64,000 bases of DNA from a virus. Below, one piece after another: positions 18,608-28,396 of this stretch. The notes below the pieces were generated by a model. The model was given only the letters and a program-made list of their open reading frames with translations. It searched no databases and was not told where the DNA came from. The translations under genes were made by a program, and so were the position numbers. Position 1 is the first letter of the stretch. Each line of letters starts with the position of its first letter. The stretch covers positions 3,945 to 67,944 of the IMG/VR virus record IMGVR_UViG_3300017714_003662. One strand, given 5' to 3'.

Positions 18608-19292
18608 AAATTAAGCTCTTTACTTTCCATGGTGTGAAACACACAGTTCCTAAACTTATATGATCTGCTCCAGCGTCTATATATCGTTGAGCACTAGATT
18701 TATCTGTAACTCCACCACCTGCAATAACTTCAACATGTGGATAATTTTCTTTTAGAAAGGAAATAATCCCCAAGGTATAAGGCGCAATAATCTTTCCAGA
18801 TAACCCACCTTTTTCAGTTGGCAATGTATTACTTGCATGTATTTGAGTATAGCCTAATTTTACTATTTTGTCAAGTTGTTTGTTTGTTATAGTTGGCGGT
18901 ACTTTTACAATACACCATTTACGTTTATCCTTAGCAAAAGACTTTGTTAAGTTTGGATGCTTGTCTACATTAGGACAACTTATGTTAAGTTCGACACTCA
19001 TATTCTTAGGTACTATTTCATATAGTATACGCCAGTCGTTTGGTTCTAAACTAGCAATACTCATTACACTATTCGATGCAGTATTTTCTATACCTTTGAA
19101 TATTCCAGGATTACGCAATCCTAGTTTATTTCGCCAACCTGTTCTAGTATACCTAAGTGTTTTTATAATATGTTTTACTAGTCCAGGACGTGGTTTAACT
19201 GTAAAAGTTCCTGTTACAGATATTGCATCACCAATAAAATTTGTATGCTGTAAGTAATTCCCAAATGGAGCACTAATAAAATGTTTTGTCAA
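18591..19292 (-). CDS. Dihydroorotate dehydrogenase-like
   Basis: NKLGLRNPG, ELNISCPN, IVKVPP, SNT, GGLSG, IAGGGV; TTG start. Confidence 0.85.
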   Translation of the reverse strand: MTKHFISAPFGNYLQHTNFIGDAISVTGTFTVKPRPGLVKHIIKTLRYTRTGWRNKLGLRNPGIFKGIENTASNSVMSIASLEPNDWRILYEIVPKNMSVELNISCPNVDKHPNLTKSFAKDKRKWCIVKVPPTITNKQLDKIVKLGYTQIHASNTLPTEKGGLSGKIIAPYTLGIISFLKENYPHVEVIAGGGVTDKSSAQRYIDAGADHISLGTVCFTPWKVKSLIYEQLK

Positions 19293-19312
19293 TTAATCTT
19301 TCCTTGATTAAG

Positions 19313-19615
19313 TTAATCAGTTTTTTCAATTGTAACATCTAAAGGATAACTATTACGTCTCGCCTCTGTGATTGTTTCAACACATTTTTGTTCAGCAACT
19401 TCGTAGCTATATGTGCCACATATTCCTCTACCTTTTTCATGAACCTCAAGCATCACACTTTTAGCTGTTTCCATTGTGTGTCCATATATATGAGTAAGTA
19501 CAGATATTACAAACTCCATAGGAGTGCTATCATCATTTAGCATAATAACATTATACCTAGGTGGACTTTTTAGTTTTGTTACTTCTGCAACTTCTTCATG
19601 TGATACTTGAGCCAT
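19313..19615 (-). CDS. clpS: N-end rule adaptor ClpS
   Basis: PPRYNVIMLNDDSTPMEFV, MLEVHEKG, YEVAEQK, YPL. Confidence 0.95.
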   Translation of the reverse strand: MAQVSHEEVAEVTKLKSPPRYNVIMLNDDSTPMEFVISVLTHIYGHTMETAKSVMLEVHEKGRGICGTYSYEVAEQKCVETITEARRNSYPLDVTIEKTD

Positions 19616-19624
19616 GATTACCTC

Positions 19625-20050
19625 TTAATCAATTTTAATTGTTTTTTGTTTCATTTCTTCTGGAATGATACGTTCTAGTTCAATATAAAGCATACCATTT
19701 TCCATTTGAGCACCATTAACAACTACATTATCTGCTAATGTCCAAATACGGTTAAACTTTCGTTGTGCAATACCTTTATGAACGTATTCGCCTTGTTCTT
19801 CAACTTCTTCAGGATCATGACTGATCATTAATTTACCATCTTCGGTTGTAATATCAAGGTCTTCTTTTCGCACACCAGCAAGTGCAATTTCAATTTGAAA
19901 TTTGTTGCCTTCTTTGCGAATATTGTAAGGTGGGTATCCACTACTTGCTTTATTATTTTGTGCATATTGGAACATGTCCGAAATGATGCTGTCAAAGCCT
20001 ACAGCATAAGGTGTGATTTTATTCAAATCAAGTGTTGTTAATCTTGTCAT
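19625..20050 (-). CDS. Small heat shock protein Hsp20 (IbpA-like)
   Basis: GFD, YPPYNI, EIALAG, HKGIAQRKF, MENGML, IPEE. Confidence 0.95.
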   Translation of the reverse strand: MTRLTTLDLNKITPYAVGFDSIISDMFQYAQNNKASSGYPPYNIRKEGNKFQIEIALAGVRKEDLDITTEDGKLMISHDPEEVEEQGEYVHKGIAQRKFNRIWTLADNVVVNGAQMENGMLYIELERIIPEEMKQKTIKID

Positions 20051-20098
20051 AGTTTATCTCCTTTTAAGCAAGATATTTTGAGACCCATTAGGCGTCTC
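20051..20098 (-). promoter_or_regulatory. ROSE-like RNA thermometer in the hsp20 leader
   Basis: ATCTTGCTT-AA-AAGGAGAT hairpin (UUGCU opposite SD, bulged G) preceded by GAGAC/GTCTC hairpin. Confidence 0.7.
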
Positions 20099-20130
20099 GG
20101 TTATATACACTCAGTGTGTAATTCTTTCTA

Positions 20131-20352
20131 TCAAGTTTCTTTTGATAGTCTACGTCTATGACGAGCATTGGCGGCTGCCTTTGCTTTTAGACGTTTTTCA
20201 GTGTTACTTGTAAAATGCCTACGTTCTCGGATCTCGTTAAACAATCCGTCACGAAGCAGTTTCTTTTTTAATTGTCTCATTGCTTTATCAACATTATTGT
20301 TGTGGACACTTACAGTCATGCCCTTTTCGCCTTTGATATGATTATTACTCAT
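20131..20352 (-). CDS. rpsU: Ribosomal protein bS21
   Basis: VSVHNNNVDKAMRQLKKKLLRDGLFNEIRERRHF..EKR. Confidence 0.9.
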   Translation of the reverse strand: MSNNHIKGEKGMTVSVHNNNVDKAMRQLKKKLLRDGLFNEIRERRHFTSNTEKRLKAKAAANARHRRRLSKET

Positions 20353-20359
20353 TTAAATC

Positions 20360-20884
20360 TCATGTTTTGAACTTGCCCATAACTCTATTATGTTGTGTGC
20401 TAATTTGTTCGTATTCTTCGCCGATTAATTCTGCAAATGTATTTAGCAGATCTTTTGCTAAATCTTGTTTCCCACGTTCTCTTCCACGTAACATAACTGA
20501 TACGATTAAATTAGATCCTTTATCAATAAATTTTTGCCCTTGCTTTGCTTTAGTATTTAAATCGCCTGTGTCAATATTTAATCCAAGACGTATTTCTTTT
20601 GTTTCTATTTGGCTAGCTCTTGCGGCTCTTTTTTGTTCTTTTTCTTTTTGTTTTAACATATATACATGTTTACTTAGTTCAATGATTTTACATACTGGCG
20701 GTTCTGCTTTTTCAGCGATCAACACCAAATCTAATCCTTGATTGCGAGCTTCGTCAATAGCATCTCGCTTGCTCATTATTTTACTTTCACCATCTGTAAA
20801 ATTGACTCTTACCATTTCAGCTTGAATTTTATTGTTTGCTAAAATTTGCGGACCTCTGTCCCTTTGCTTATAATTTTTTTTCAT
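20360..20884 (-). CDS. infC: Translation initiation factor IF3
   Basis: GLDLVLIA..AEPPVCKI, KEIRLG..IDTGDLNTK, LRGRE. Confidence 0.93.
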   Translation of the reverse strand: MKKNYKQRDRGPQILANNKIQAEMVRVNFTDGESKIMSKRDAIDEARNQGLDLVLIAEKAEPPVCKIIELSKHVYMLKQKEKEQKRAARASQIETKEIRLGLNIDTGDLNTKAKQGQKFIDKGSNLIVSVMLRGRERGKQDLAKDLLNTFAELIGEEYEQISTQHNRVMGKFKT

Positions 20885-22062
20885 CAGTTTTTTATCATAA
20901 TTGGACCATGTCCAAGTGTTATCACTTGATCTGTTACAACTATTTTTTTTACCCCTTTTTCAGCAAGCTCTGGTAATTCATACTGTATATCTAGAAGTGC
21001 ATTATCCAGTATTTTTCTTAATCCCCTAGCTCCTATTTGTTCTTGATTAGCAATCTTTGCCACCTCTTCTAATGCTTTTATTTTAAACTCTATCTCAATT
21101 TTGTCAAGTAAAAAAAGCTCTTTAATTTGATTTACTATACTATTTACTGGTTCAGTTAATATTTTTATCAAATCTTCTTCCGAAAGTTCTTCTAGTATAT
21201 TAACGCTAGGCAATCTACCGATAAATTCAGGAATTAATCCATACTTTACTAGATCTCTTGTTTCTAAGTTATCTTCCCAATCATCTAATTTAGATTGTTC
21301 AGTTCCGTTGAATCCAATTTTACTTTTGCCTAGTCTTTGTATTACTGTATCTTCTAAACCAACAAATGCTCCACCAACAATAAAAAGTATATTGCTTGTA
21401 TCAATGTCAACTTTTTCTGGATTTGCTTGTGGCTTATTTGGAACAGTAACTATTGTTCCTTCCATAAGTTTAAGTAAACTTTGTTGCACACCTTCGCCGC
21501 TCACATCTCTACTTAAACTCATCATATCACTACGTTTTGCTTTTTTATCAATTTCGTCTACATAAATTATACCCATCTCTGTTCGATCAATATCAAAGTC
21601 AGAGTTTTGAAATAATTTTTGTATTAAAACTTCTGTATCATCTCCTGCATATCCACTTTCAGTTAATGTTGTTGCATCTGTAATAACAAAAGGAACATTT
21701 AAATATTCTGCTAATGTTTGTGCCATAAGTGTTTTACCAGTTCCTGTGGGTCCTGCAATAAGAACATTACTTTTTTGTAATTTAGATTTTGATTTTAGTC
21801 TTTTAAAATGGTTATATACTGCAACACTCAAACTCTTTTTTGCTTTGTCTTGACTAATTACGTGCTTGTCTAAATATTGATGTATTTGACGTGGACTTGG
21901 AATATTTTTAAATATCTTTTTTGTTTTAGTCTCTTTATCTAATATAGTATGGCATAGGTCAACACATTCATTACAAATGTGTATTCCATTGTTTCCTGCT
22001 AATAGCTTTTTTACCTGACTTGTGTCTTTATCGCAAAAGTTGCAAATTGTACTAGATTTCAT
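20884..22062 (-). CDS. clpX: ATP-dependent Clp protease ATPase ClpX
   Basis: Zn-binding CNFC..CNEC, GPTGTGKT, DEIDK, RDVSGEGVQQ, IGF loop, GARGLR. Confidence 0.96.
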   Translation of the reverse strand: MKSSTICNFCDKDTSQVKKLLAGNNGIHICNECVDLCHTILDKETKTKKIFKNIPSPRQIHQYLDKHVISQDKAKKSLSVAVYNHFKRLKSKSKLQKSNVLIAGPTGTGKTLMAQTLAEYLNVPFVITDATTLTESGYAGDDTEVLIQKLFQNSDFDIDRTEMGIIYVDEIDKKAKRSDMMSLSRDVSGEGVQQSLLKLMEGTIVTVPNKPQANPEKVDIDTSNILFIVGGAFVGLEDTVIQRLGKSKIGFNGTEQSKLDDWEDNLETRDLVKYGLIPEFIGRLPSVNILEELSEEDLIKILTEPVNSIVNQIKELFLLDKIEIEFKIKALEEVAKIANQEQIGARGLRKILDNALLDIQYELPELAEKGVKKIVVTDQVITLGHGPIMIKN

Positions 22063-22501
22063 ATGGTCCCTCTGGATTCATTTGTAGTTCTACGAATTTA
22101 TCAATATCTTTAACTTTTCTTACAATTAGATTTGTACCTGTTGCATTAATAAGTCTGGCTGTTTCTCTTCTTTTGTATTTACTACTATAGAACATAACAC
22201 CATCATTACTAATAGTAGGCTTGATAAGTGCAGCCATAATGTCTTCCCATGCACAAGTATCTATATCAATTATCATTAAATCACATGTAGTGCTTACATT
22301 CCACATCCATGCTAATGTCTCGCTATTTGTTTTATTTGGTTGAACGTAAAATACAATACTTGTATAAATGTATTTTTCAAATATACCTTTAACATTGTCA
22401 ATAAAATTTTCATCTGTACTTGTTACTAGCACAGTCATTCCATCATCACTCATATGCAAATCTGGATATGTTACAGTGTATACACTATTATCTGTTCTCA
22501 T
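22052..22501 (-). CDS. Hypothetical protein
   Basis: 149 aa ORF coupled in operon. Confidence 0.7.
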   Translation of the reverse strand: MRTDNSVYTVTYPDLHMSDDGMTVLVTSTDENFIDNVKGIFEKYIYTSIVFYVQPNKTNSETLAWMWNVSTTCDLMIIDIDTCAWEDIMAALIKPTISNDGVMFYSSKYKRRETARLINATGTNLIVRKVKDIDKFVELQMNPEGPYEI

Positions 22502-23313
22502 TTTATGTCTCTTGTTTCTGGTCTATTATCTAGTTGATCATTTGTAAAATTTGTCCAAGGCTCAAAAATTGTATTACAACATTCTGTTGTATAGTTAGTC
22601 CAATTTTCTAATTCAGGAACTTGTAATATGTCTAATAATTTTGAATATTCATTTATGTCATTTTTTAAAATTAGCTTGTCTATAAATAATGTATGAACTT
22701 TTACATATTTCGATACATTTGAAACTATTTCTGCATACAACGTTTTTTTTCTAGTGTTATAATCTTGCCATGCATCTTGAACAGTAAGGTTTGGTCTTAT
22801 AAATGCAAGTCTTTTTGCAAAAAGAGAAGAATATATATCTGTTTCTGGAATAATTATAGCCTTAGTATTACTTTCTTCTAATATTCTTAATATAAGATCT
22901 TTTGCTGTCTTATCTTTTAATCCCCATTTTTCTATCTCTTGTGATCCTTTATTTCCGGTATGTATTGGATTATGCCAAGGAAGAATTTTGTAGCATATAT
23001 TTTTGTAATCTGGATCATGTTTTATGTCTTTTTCTATTAAATGTTTCTTATAATCCTTAAAATTGTGTGTTGTTACTAATTTGTTTGAATACGGATCCAT
23101 TGGATCATCTCTAAAAGATTGAAAATTAGCTAAATGCCAATTTGATCCAGGACATGCATAGTCTGTTGCAATTTGTCCATATGTATAGCCTTTTCTTTCA
23201 TAGCGTATTTTTTTATCAAATTTAGGATAGCCTACATGTTGATTAATAAACCATGAAAGCCAAGTTCCCGAGTCACCGGGTTCGTACCAACAGCCAAATA
23301 CATCATTCGTCAT
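22498..23313 (-). CDS. Hypothetical protein, possible sulfotransferase-like P-loop fold
   Basis: N-terminal WYEPGDSGTWLSWFINQH resembles the PRSGTxxLxxxLxxH loop. Confidence 0.5.
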   Translation of the reverse strand: MTNDVFGCWYEPGDSGTWLSWFINQHVGYPKFDKKIRYERKGYTYGQIATDYACPGSNWHLANFQSFRDDPMDPYSNKLVTTHNFKDYKKHLIEKDIKHDPDYKNICYKILPWHNPIHTGNKGSQEIEKWGLKDKTAKDLILRILEESNTKAIIIPETDIYSSLFAKRLAFIRPNLTVQDAWQDYNTRKKTLYAEIVSNVSKYVKVHTLFIDKLILKNDINEYSKLLDILQVPELENWTNYTTECCNTIFEPWTNFTNDQLDNRPETRDIK

Positions 23314-24784
23314 TTCTCAAATCTTCTTTATTTTTATTTAGCATGTCTTGTTCCATGACTTTTTTAGCATGTGCATTTTCTTTTACTTGTGCAATAACTG
23401 TGTTATAATTTTCATCTTCTGGATTATAAATTCTACCTTTATACCTAACCGCACCCTCAATGTTATCAAACTCTTCTATGGTTTCAAGTTCTTCTAATTC
23501 TATAATTTCTAAAGGCTGTTCTACTTCTTCAATTTTTAATTCAGGTTCTGGTTGTGGTATAATTTTTTTAGGTGCAGCAGGTGTTGGTAAAACAGGTTTT
23601 ATTTTACGATTACTTTCAATTACTGTAATACCAGCAATAACAAGAACAATAGCTAATGGATCAAATACAATAACAAGAATAATAATAACCCAACGAACTG
23701 CTTCTTCTAGTGTATTTTTATCAGTATCTCCGTATACTAGTTCTGCAATATACTTTACTGGTCCAACTTCTGCTTCTAATACACGTGCTTCTGCTTCGAT
23801 AGTATATTTCTTTTCAAATAGACCATCTAGTTGTTCATTTGATATAATAATTAAATTACGCTGTTTTAATATTTCTTCTGTGTTGTCTACTGTAGCACCT
23901 TGTCCTAGTTGAGAACGTAGTCTATCAATTAATTCATTACTGTTTTGTATTTGTTGTTCTGCAACACCACGTAGTCTTTGTATTTCTTCTCTTGCTTCTA
24001 TAGTAATTGTATCCACACTGGTAGTCAATTTGTTTAGCGTTTGTAATACTACATCTCTTCTAACTAACTGTGTATCTCTAAATGCTTGCACTGCCGCTGC
24101 TGTTTTAGGTCCATAACGACCATCTGGATTAGAACCAATCATACTTTGTGCTTTTTTGATTTGGTTTGTTTCAATGTATTCATCTAGTAATGCAATTTTT
24201 CTATCTATATTTGTAAGTTCACTTTGATATGGCTTTTGAGAATCCACTCTAGATTGTCTTTGTGCATTTATAATAGCTTCTTGATCTTCTATAGCAGGCT
24301 TGACTGCATCATATGCTGTTGCAATACGATCTTGTTCTTTGTCAATTTTTGATTGAATACCATCATCTTGTGTCTCATCTGCACTATCTAACTTTTGTAT
24401 TTTAGATTCTGCACGTACGATAATACTTTCGTTTCTTGCGATGTCTGTTGTAATACGTTCTAATTGTGCAACATTTTCTGCGCCTGCACTTTGTTGTTCG
24501 ATGTGTGCTTTTGATAAAAAACCAAAAATACCCATGCTTGTAATAAACATTAATAATATTACAGCCATTGTTAAATATGTTTTTATTAAAAATGGAGCTT
24601 TATTCCAATACAAATGTAGCCAGACTGCACTAGTTAATTTGCCTACTTCTAATACTGTTCCCATAATAATAATAGGAATTGCCGCTGCAGCAAAGATTGC
24701 TACCAGTCCCACAATACTATAATAAGCCGCTACTACTGATATTGACAATGCGGCTAGGATTGTCCATAAACCAAATATACGCAT
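23303..24784 (-). CDS. Membrane-anchored coiled-coil protein with peptidoglycan-binding-like motif
   Basis: 3 N-terminal TMs, long coiled coil with PDGRYGPKTAAAVQAF, C-terminal TM (IVFDPLA). Confidence 0.75.
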   Translation of the reverse strand: MRIFGLWTILAALSISVVAAYYSIVGLVAIFAAAAIPIIIMGTVLEVGKLTSAVWLHLYWNKAPFLIKTYLTMAVILLMFITSMGIFGFLSKAHIEQQSAGAENVAQLERITTDIARNESIIVRAESKIQKLDSADETQDDGIQSKIDKEQDRIATAYDAVKPAIEDQEAIINAQRQSRVDSQKPYQSELTNIDRKIALLDEYIETNQIKKAQSMIGSNPDGRYGPKTAAAVQAFRDTQLVRRDVVLQTLNKLTTSVDTITIEAREEIQRLRGVAEQQIQNSNELIDRLRSQLGQGATVDNTEEILKQRNLIIISNEQLDGLFEKKYTIEAEARVLEAEVGPVKYIAELVYGDTDKNTLEEAVRWVIIILVIVFDPLAIVLVIAGITVIESNRKIKPVLPTPAAPKKIIPQPEPELKIEEVEQPLEIIELEELETIEEFDNIEGAVRYKGRIYNPEDENYNTVIAQVKENAHAKKVMEQDMLNKNKEDLRNDE

Positions 24785-24787
24785 AAA

Positions 24788-25141
24788 TTACTTCCCTAAC
24801 ATATAACGAACCGCATGTCCTTCTTCAACTAGCAGATCATTTATGTTTGTAAGTGTTTCATCTTCATTTTGGACTTGTAAGATTCCAAGGACACGGCCAT
24901 ACTTGCCACGCTTATTCAGAATAGTTTCAACTACAAACTCTCGTGGTAGAAGTTCTATCAAACGTTGCTTAGCCGCAAGGCCTTTTTCTTTTTCTGATAA
25001 ATTTGTTGTGCGTGATTCAGGTGTATTGATACCATATAATCTAATACGTTGACGAACAAATACGTCAAATCCTAGATCAATTTCAGCGTCTACTGTGTCA
25101 CCATCAATCACTCTTATTAATCTTGCTTTGTAAGTATACAT
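24788..25141 (-). CDS. Thermonuclease (SNase-like)
   Basis: RVIDGDT, RIRLYGINTPE, GKYGRVLG, LVEEGHA. Confidence 0.92.
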   Translation of the reverse strand: MYTYKARLIRVIDGDTVDAEIDLGFDVFVRQRIRLYGINTPESRTTNLSEKEKGLAAKQRLIELLPREFVVETILNKRGKYGRVLGILQVQNEDETLTNINDLLVEEGHAVRYMLGK

Positions 25142-25273
25142 GAATTTTAAACTTCCAACCTTATAAGAATACTTTCTCTTGTTAGTGTATTTATCGTGTA
25201 TTTCCTACTATATATATGCTATTTTAACATTTTTGCCTATATAGGAAATCGAAGTGTAAAATTATACATATAT

Positions 25274-25894
25274 CTATACTTTTTTACTTACTACCTTATC
25301 TGCAAAACCATTTTCTACTGCTTTGTCTGCTGTTAAGAATGTATCAAATTTCATAGTTTCAAAAAGCTCATCAAAGGATTTATTTGCTGTATTATGCTGT
25401 ACATACAATTGTGTTAGTCTTTCATTTAAAAATTTAGATTCTTCAAAATGTCTACGTGCATCTTCAAATTCAAGTTCTTGCACATGAACACTTCCACGTG
25501 TTCCTGGTGTGCCGCTGCTTACACGATGTATCATTGTTCGACTATTTGGTAACACAAAACGCTGTCCTGCTTCTCCTGCCATTGCTAAAAAGCTACCCAT
25601 GCTAGCCGCTTGACCCATTACAATAGTGCTTACGGGTGCTTTAATAAACTGCATAGTGTCGTAAATTGCAAGACCTGCTGTTACGCTACCACCAGGACTA
25701 TTAATATAAAAATTAATAGACTCTTCTGAATTTTGAGATTCTAAAAAGAGCATTTGAGCAACAATCAAATTTGCTGTATGATCATTTACTTCTCCATTAA
25801 GCATTACAATACGATCTTTAAGCAAACGACTGTAAATATCATATGCACGTTCACCGCGACCTGTTTGTTCAACTACTGTAGGGACTAATGCCAT
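25274..25894 (-). CDS. clpP: Clp protease proteolytic subunit
   Basis: [25 protein letters not shown] (Ser), MIH (His), FDTFL (Asp). Confidence 0.96.
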   Translation of the reverse strand: MALVPTVVEQTGRGERAYDIYSRLLKDRIVMLNGEVNDHTANLIVAQMLFLESQNSEESINFYINSPGGSVTAGLAIYDTMQFIKAPVSTIVMGQAASMGSFLAMAGEAGQRFVLPNSRTMIHRVSSGTPGTRGSVHVQELEFEDARRHFEESKFLNERLTQLYVQHNTANKSFDELFETMKFDTFLTADKAVENGFADKVVSKKV

Positions 25895-26739
25895 TATTCT
25901 TCTCCATTATATCTAGCTTGTAAATCAAAAATTATTGAATAGCGTGTATTATGTTGTGGATTATTATTATGTGTCATTCCATGATAGGTTGGTATCCATC
26001 CACTTCTCTCTGCATGTTCGCCAAACATCCAAAGCATACTATTTTTTTCCAATCCATCTATATGTTGCCAATTTCCATCTTTTGTATTTTTTGCATGAAA
26101 CTCAATAAAGTTTTCTCCTAAATGTAATCCACCTAGTGTTTCATCACAATGTTCATCACCAAATCTTTCTGTATTATGCTTTCGATGTTCTACACGTGTA
26201 TTTTCTTCTGCTGTAGGAACATTATACTGAATAATCATAAGTTTGTAAAGATTTTTATTCCATGTATTTTTTTGATTGTTATAACATGTATCTGCATAAT
26301 ATTCTAACACAGGTTTAAAATCGTTGTGCATTTCTACAAAGTATTCTAACTCAGGTAATTCAAATGGTAGCTTTTTACTTGTCCAATCGTATATATAACA
26401 TTTTCTACGTTCAACGTAATCTTTTAATTTATCTGTGTTCCAACTTTCAGGTCCTGCCATAATATCTACATCATATCCAAAAACAGCACCTTGATATTGA
26501 TGTGCAAAACTTTTTGTTGGTATAATAGGATCTTTTACAATAGTTGTAGCTGGTTGTTGTTTATCATTTATATCATTTAAAGCATAAAAAATATCTTCAT
26601 TTAAAACATCAAAAAGTTCACCAGCACGTTTGTATCTGTCAGCATATTTTGTTTCTAATAGTTCACTATGCACAACAGGCCACTCACCGGTAGCCTGTAT
26701 TTGCTTTAATCTTTCTAAGGGAATTAAATTATGTTTCAT
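25894..26739 (-). CDS. 2OG-Fe(II) oxygenase (IPNS-like)
   Basis: EHCD (HxD), TYHG, RYSIIF; likely start ATG 26739. Confidence 0.75.
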   Translation of the reverse strand: MKHNLIPLERLKQIQATGEWPVVHSELLETKYADRYKRAGELFDVLNEDIFYALNDINDKQQPATTIVKDPIIPTKSFAHQYQGAVFGYDVDIMAGPESWNTDKLKDYVERRKCYIYDWTSKKLPFELPELEYFVEMHNDFKPVLEYYADTCYNNQKNTWNKNLYKLMIIQYNVPTAEENTRVEHRKHNTERFGDEHCDETLGGLHLGENFIEFHAKNTKDGNWQHIDGLEKNSMLWMFGEHAERSGWIPTYHGMTHNNNPQHNTRYSIIFDLQARYNGEE

Positions 26740-26962
26740 TCTCAATTTGCTGATCGAATTCACAAGTATCTATATTATCAGGAACACGATAAATGTGAAT
26801 TTCTCCAAAGTTATCTCTAGCAGTTCTAATATATTTACCTTGCTCTAAAAGAACTAATGTACCTTCCATGCCGTCTGCAAGTCCTTGTTTATGTCCACTT
26901 CTATAACTAAAGTAAGCACACGCAATTACAAATGCAAGAAATATAATATACCAAATTTCCAT
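26729..26962 (-). CDS. Small membrane-anchored protein
   Basis: N-terminal TM; TAAATA-N5-ATG start at 26962. Confidence 0.65.
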   Translation of the reverse strand: MEIWYIIFLAFVIACAYFSYRSGHKQGLADGMEGTLVLLEQGKYIRTARDNFGEIHIYRVPDNIDTCEFDQQIENET

Positions 26963-26970
26963 ATACATAT

Positions 26971-27270
26971 TTATTCTCCGTTGTTTGATTTAAACAAACG
27001 ATTAAACATTTCTCGCTGTTCCTCTAGAGTTGTATCTTCTTTAAAATTAAATTCTAATTGATTATTATCTTCTTCTATTTCTTCTAATGAATCTTTGAGT
27101 TGAATAACAATCCATTCATCTAACTTATCTAAATCATTTTCATTAATTTGAAGAAGTTTATCTACTGCATCATCTGTAAATCCACCATTTGGTAGATTAA
27201 TAGAAGTGTAAGGTTGTTTAAACTTGAAACTATATTTAAAACCTTTATTTTTTTTATTTTTATCGGTCAT
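26971..27270 (-). CDS. Hypothetical protein
   Basis: ORF in operon. Confidence 0.6.
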   Translation of the reverse strand: MTDKNKKNKGFKYSFKFKQPYTSINLPNGGFTDDAVDKLLQINENDLDKLDEWIVIQLKDSLEEIEEDNNQLEFNFKEDTTLEEQREMFNRLFKSNNGE

Positions 27271-27543
27271 TTACCATTCCTTATGATTGCCGTCGTTTTC
27301 ATTGTCTCTGAAACCAGCACTATAAGCGACAATCTCTTCTGCTGTCATATCTTCCATTTCTATACGAATAGTTCCACCATGTGGTCCACCTCCTGGACCT
27401 CCATAGTAATGAGGATTATATCCACGCCTATAATAACTATCAGCACCTCCTCTATCATATGGGCCACCATGATAGTCCGGATATTCTATTTTAGATAAAA
27501 CATCCGGACCTAACTGTTTATCAAGATTAACTTCATTCATCAT
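27271..27543 (-). CDS. Conserved hypothetical phage protein
   Basis: HGGPYDRGGADSYYRR, AYSAGF. Confidence 0.7.
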   Translation of the reverse strand: MMNEVNLDKQLGPDVLSKIEYPDYHGGPYDRGGADSYYRRGYNPHYYGGPGGGPHGGTIRIEMEDMTAEEIVAYSAGFRDNENDGNHKEW

Positions 27544-27820
27544 TTACACCATCGTTGCCAGTTACTGCATGAAGTTTAAGCATAATGTCTTCTACTTCTT
27601 TTTCAGACAAAAAGCCTTTTACAGTATCACCATTTTCTGTAATGCCAGGAAGTTCTACTTGATCTTTGCCTTTGAATACTGCAATTTCATATAGTTCTTT
27701 ATCATTACCATATGACATTTCATTTCTTATAATACTCAAATCATATTTGCCATACTTTACAAATGCCTTTATACCTTTAGGCACTGTAGTATTAACAAAA
27801 TTTAGTTGTTTGAATCTCAT
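27533..27820 (-). CDS. Conserved hypothetical phage protein
   Basis: AGGAG SD; SYG..LYEIAVF..DTVKGFL. Confidence 0.7.
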   Translation of the reverse strand: MRFKQLNFVNTTVPKGIKAFVKYGKYDLSIIRNEMSYGNDKELYEIAVFKGKDQVELPGITENGDTVKGFLSEKEVEDIMLKLHAVTGNDGVNDE

Positions 27821-27850
27821 CTAGTCTCCTAACTTTTAACTTACTCTTAT

Positions 27851-27879
27851 AGTTTACAGCAAGAACTCTTGCTCGTCAA
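27851..27879 (-). promoter_or_regulatory. Early sigma70-type promoter with palindromic spacer
   Basis: TTGACG-agcaagagttcttgctg-TAAACT. Confidence 0.7.
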
Positions 27880-28385
27880 CCTTTATCTACACTTTCTTTG
27901 GCTCTGTTCCAAATATCTGTGTTTTTAACTTTGTCCATGACATCCAACAACAATTGCATTTCTTGTTTGTATACTTTCCAAAATGATGGATCGTTGTCAG
28001 CAATATCCCAACTGTTATCTATAATATCAGCACATTTAATAAATTGTGCATCAACGTTGGCTTGTGCTAAATGTTGTCTATCAATTGATTTACGTGTAGC
28101 ACGATTACCATCGTCAGGCACACTAACGTCAGTAAGATCATTAACTAGATCAGCTACAACACTACCAAACATACCAGTAATAGTATCTATATCAACTTGT
28201 GTATCTTCTACAACATCATGCAAGTATGCAGCGGCAATCATTTCTTTGGTGCCGCCATATTGCTTAACAGTATCAGCAACACGAATAGGATGAACAATAT
28301 AATCGTCACCGCTGTATTTGCGTTTTTGGCCAATTGCAGCATGAGCAGCTGTAGCAAATGTTAATGCTGTTTTATCTATTGACAT
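27876..28385 (-). CDS. HD-domain small alarmone hydrolase-like (SpoT/Mesh1 family)
   Basis: AH.GQKRK..YIVHP, AAYLHDVVEDT, IKCADIIDN. Confidence 0.85.
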   Translation of the reverse strand: MSIDKTALTFATAAHAAIGQKRKYSGDDYIVHPIRVADTVKQYGGTKEMIAAAYLHDVVEDTQVDIDTITGMFGSVVADLVNDLTDVSVPDDGNRATRKSIDRQHLAQANVDAQFIKCADIIDNSWDIADNDPSFWKVYKQEMQLLLDVMDKVKNTDIWNRAKESVDKG

Positions 28386-28396
28386 TTATTATCCTA

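Noticed and set aside
25201-25270. GTGTAAAATT motif shared with about 7334 and a TTTCCTA/TAGGAAA inverted repeat
   Set aside because: Only two copies in very AT-rich DNA; not distinguishable from chance by eye.
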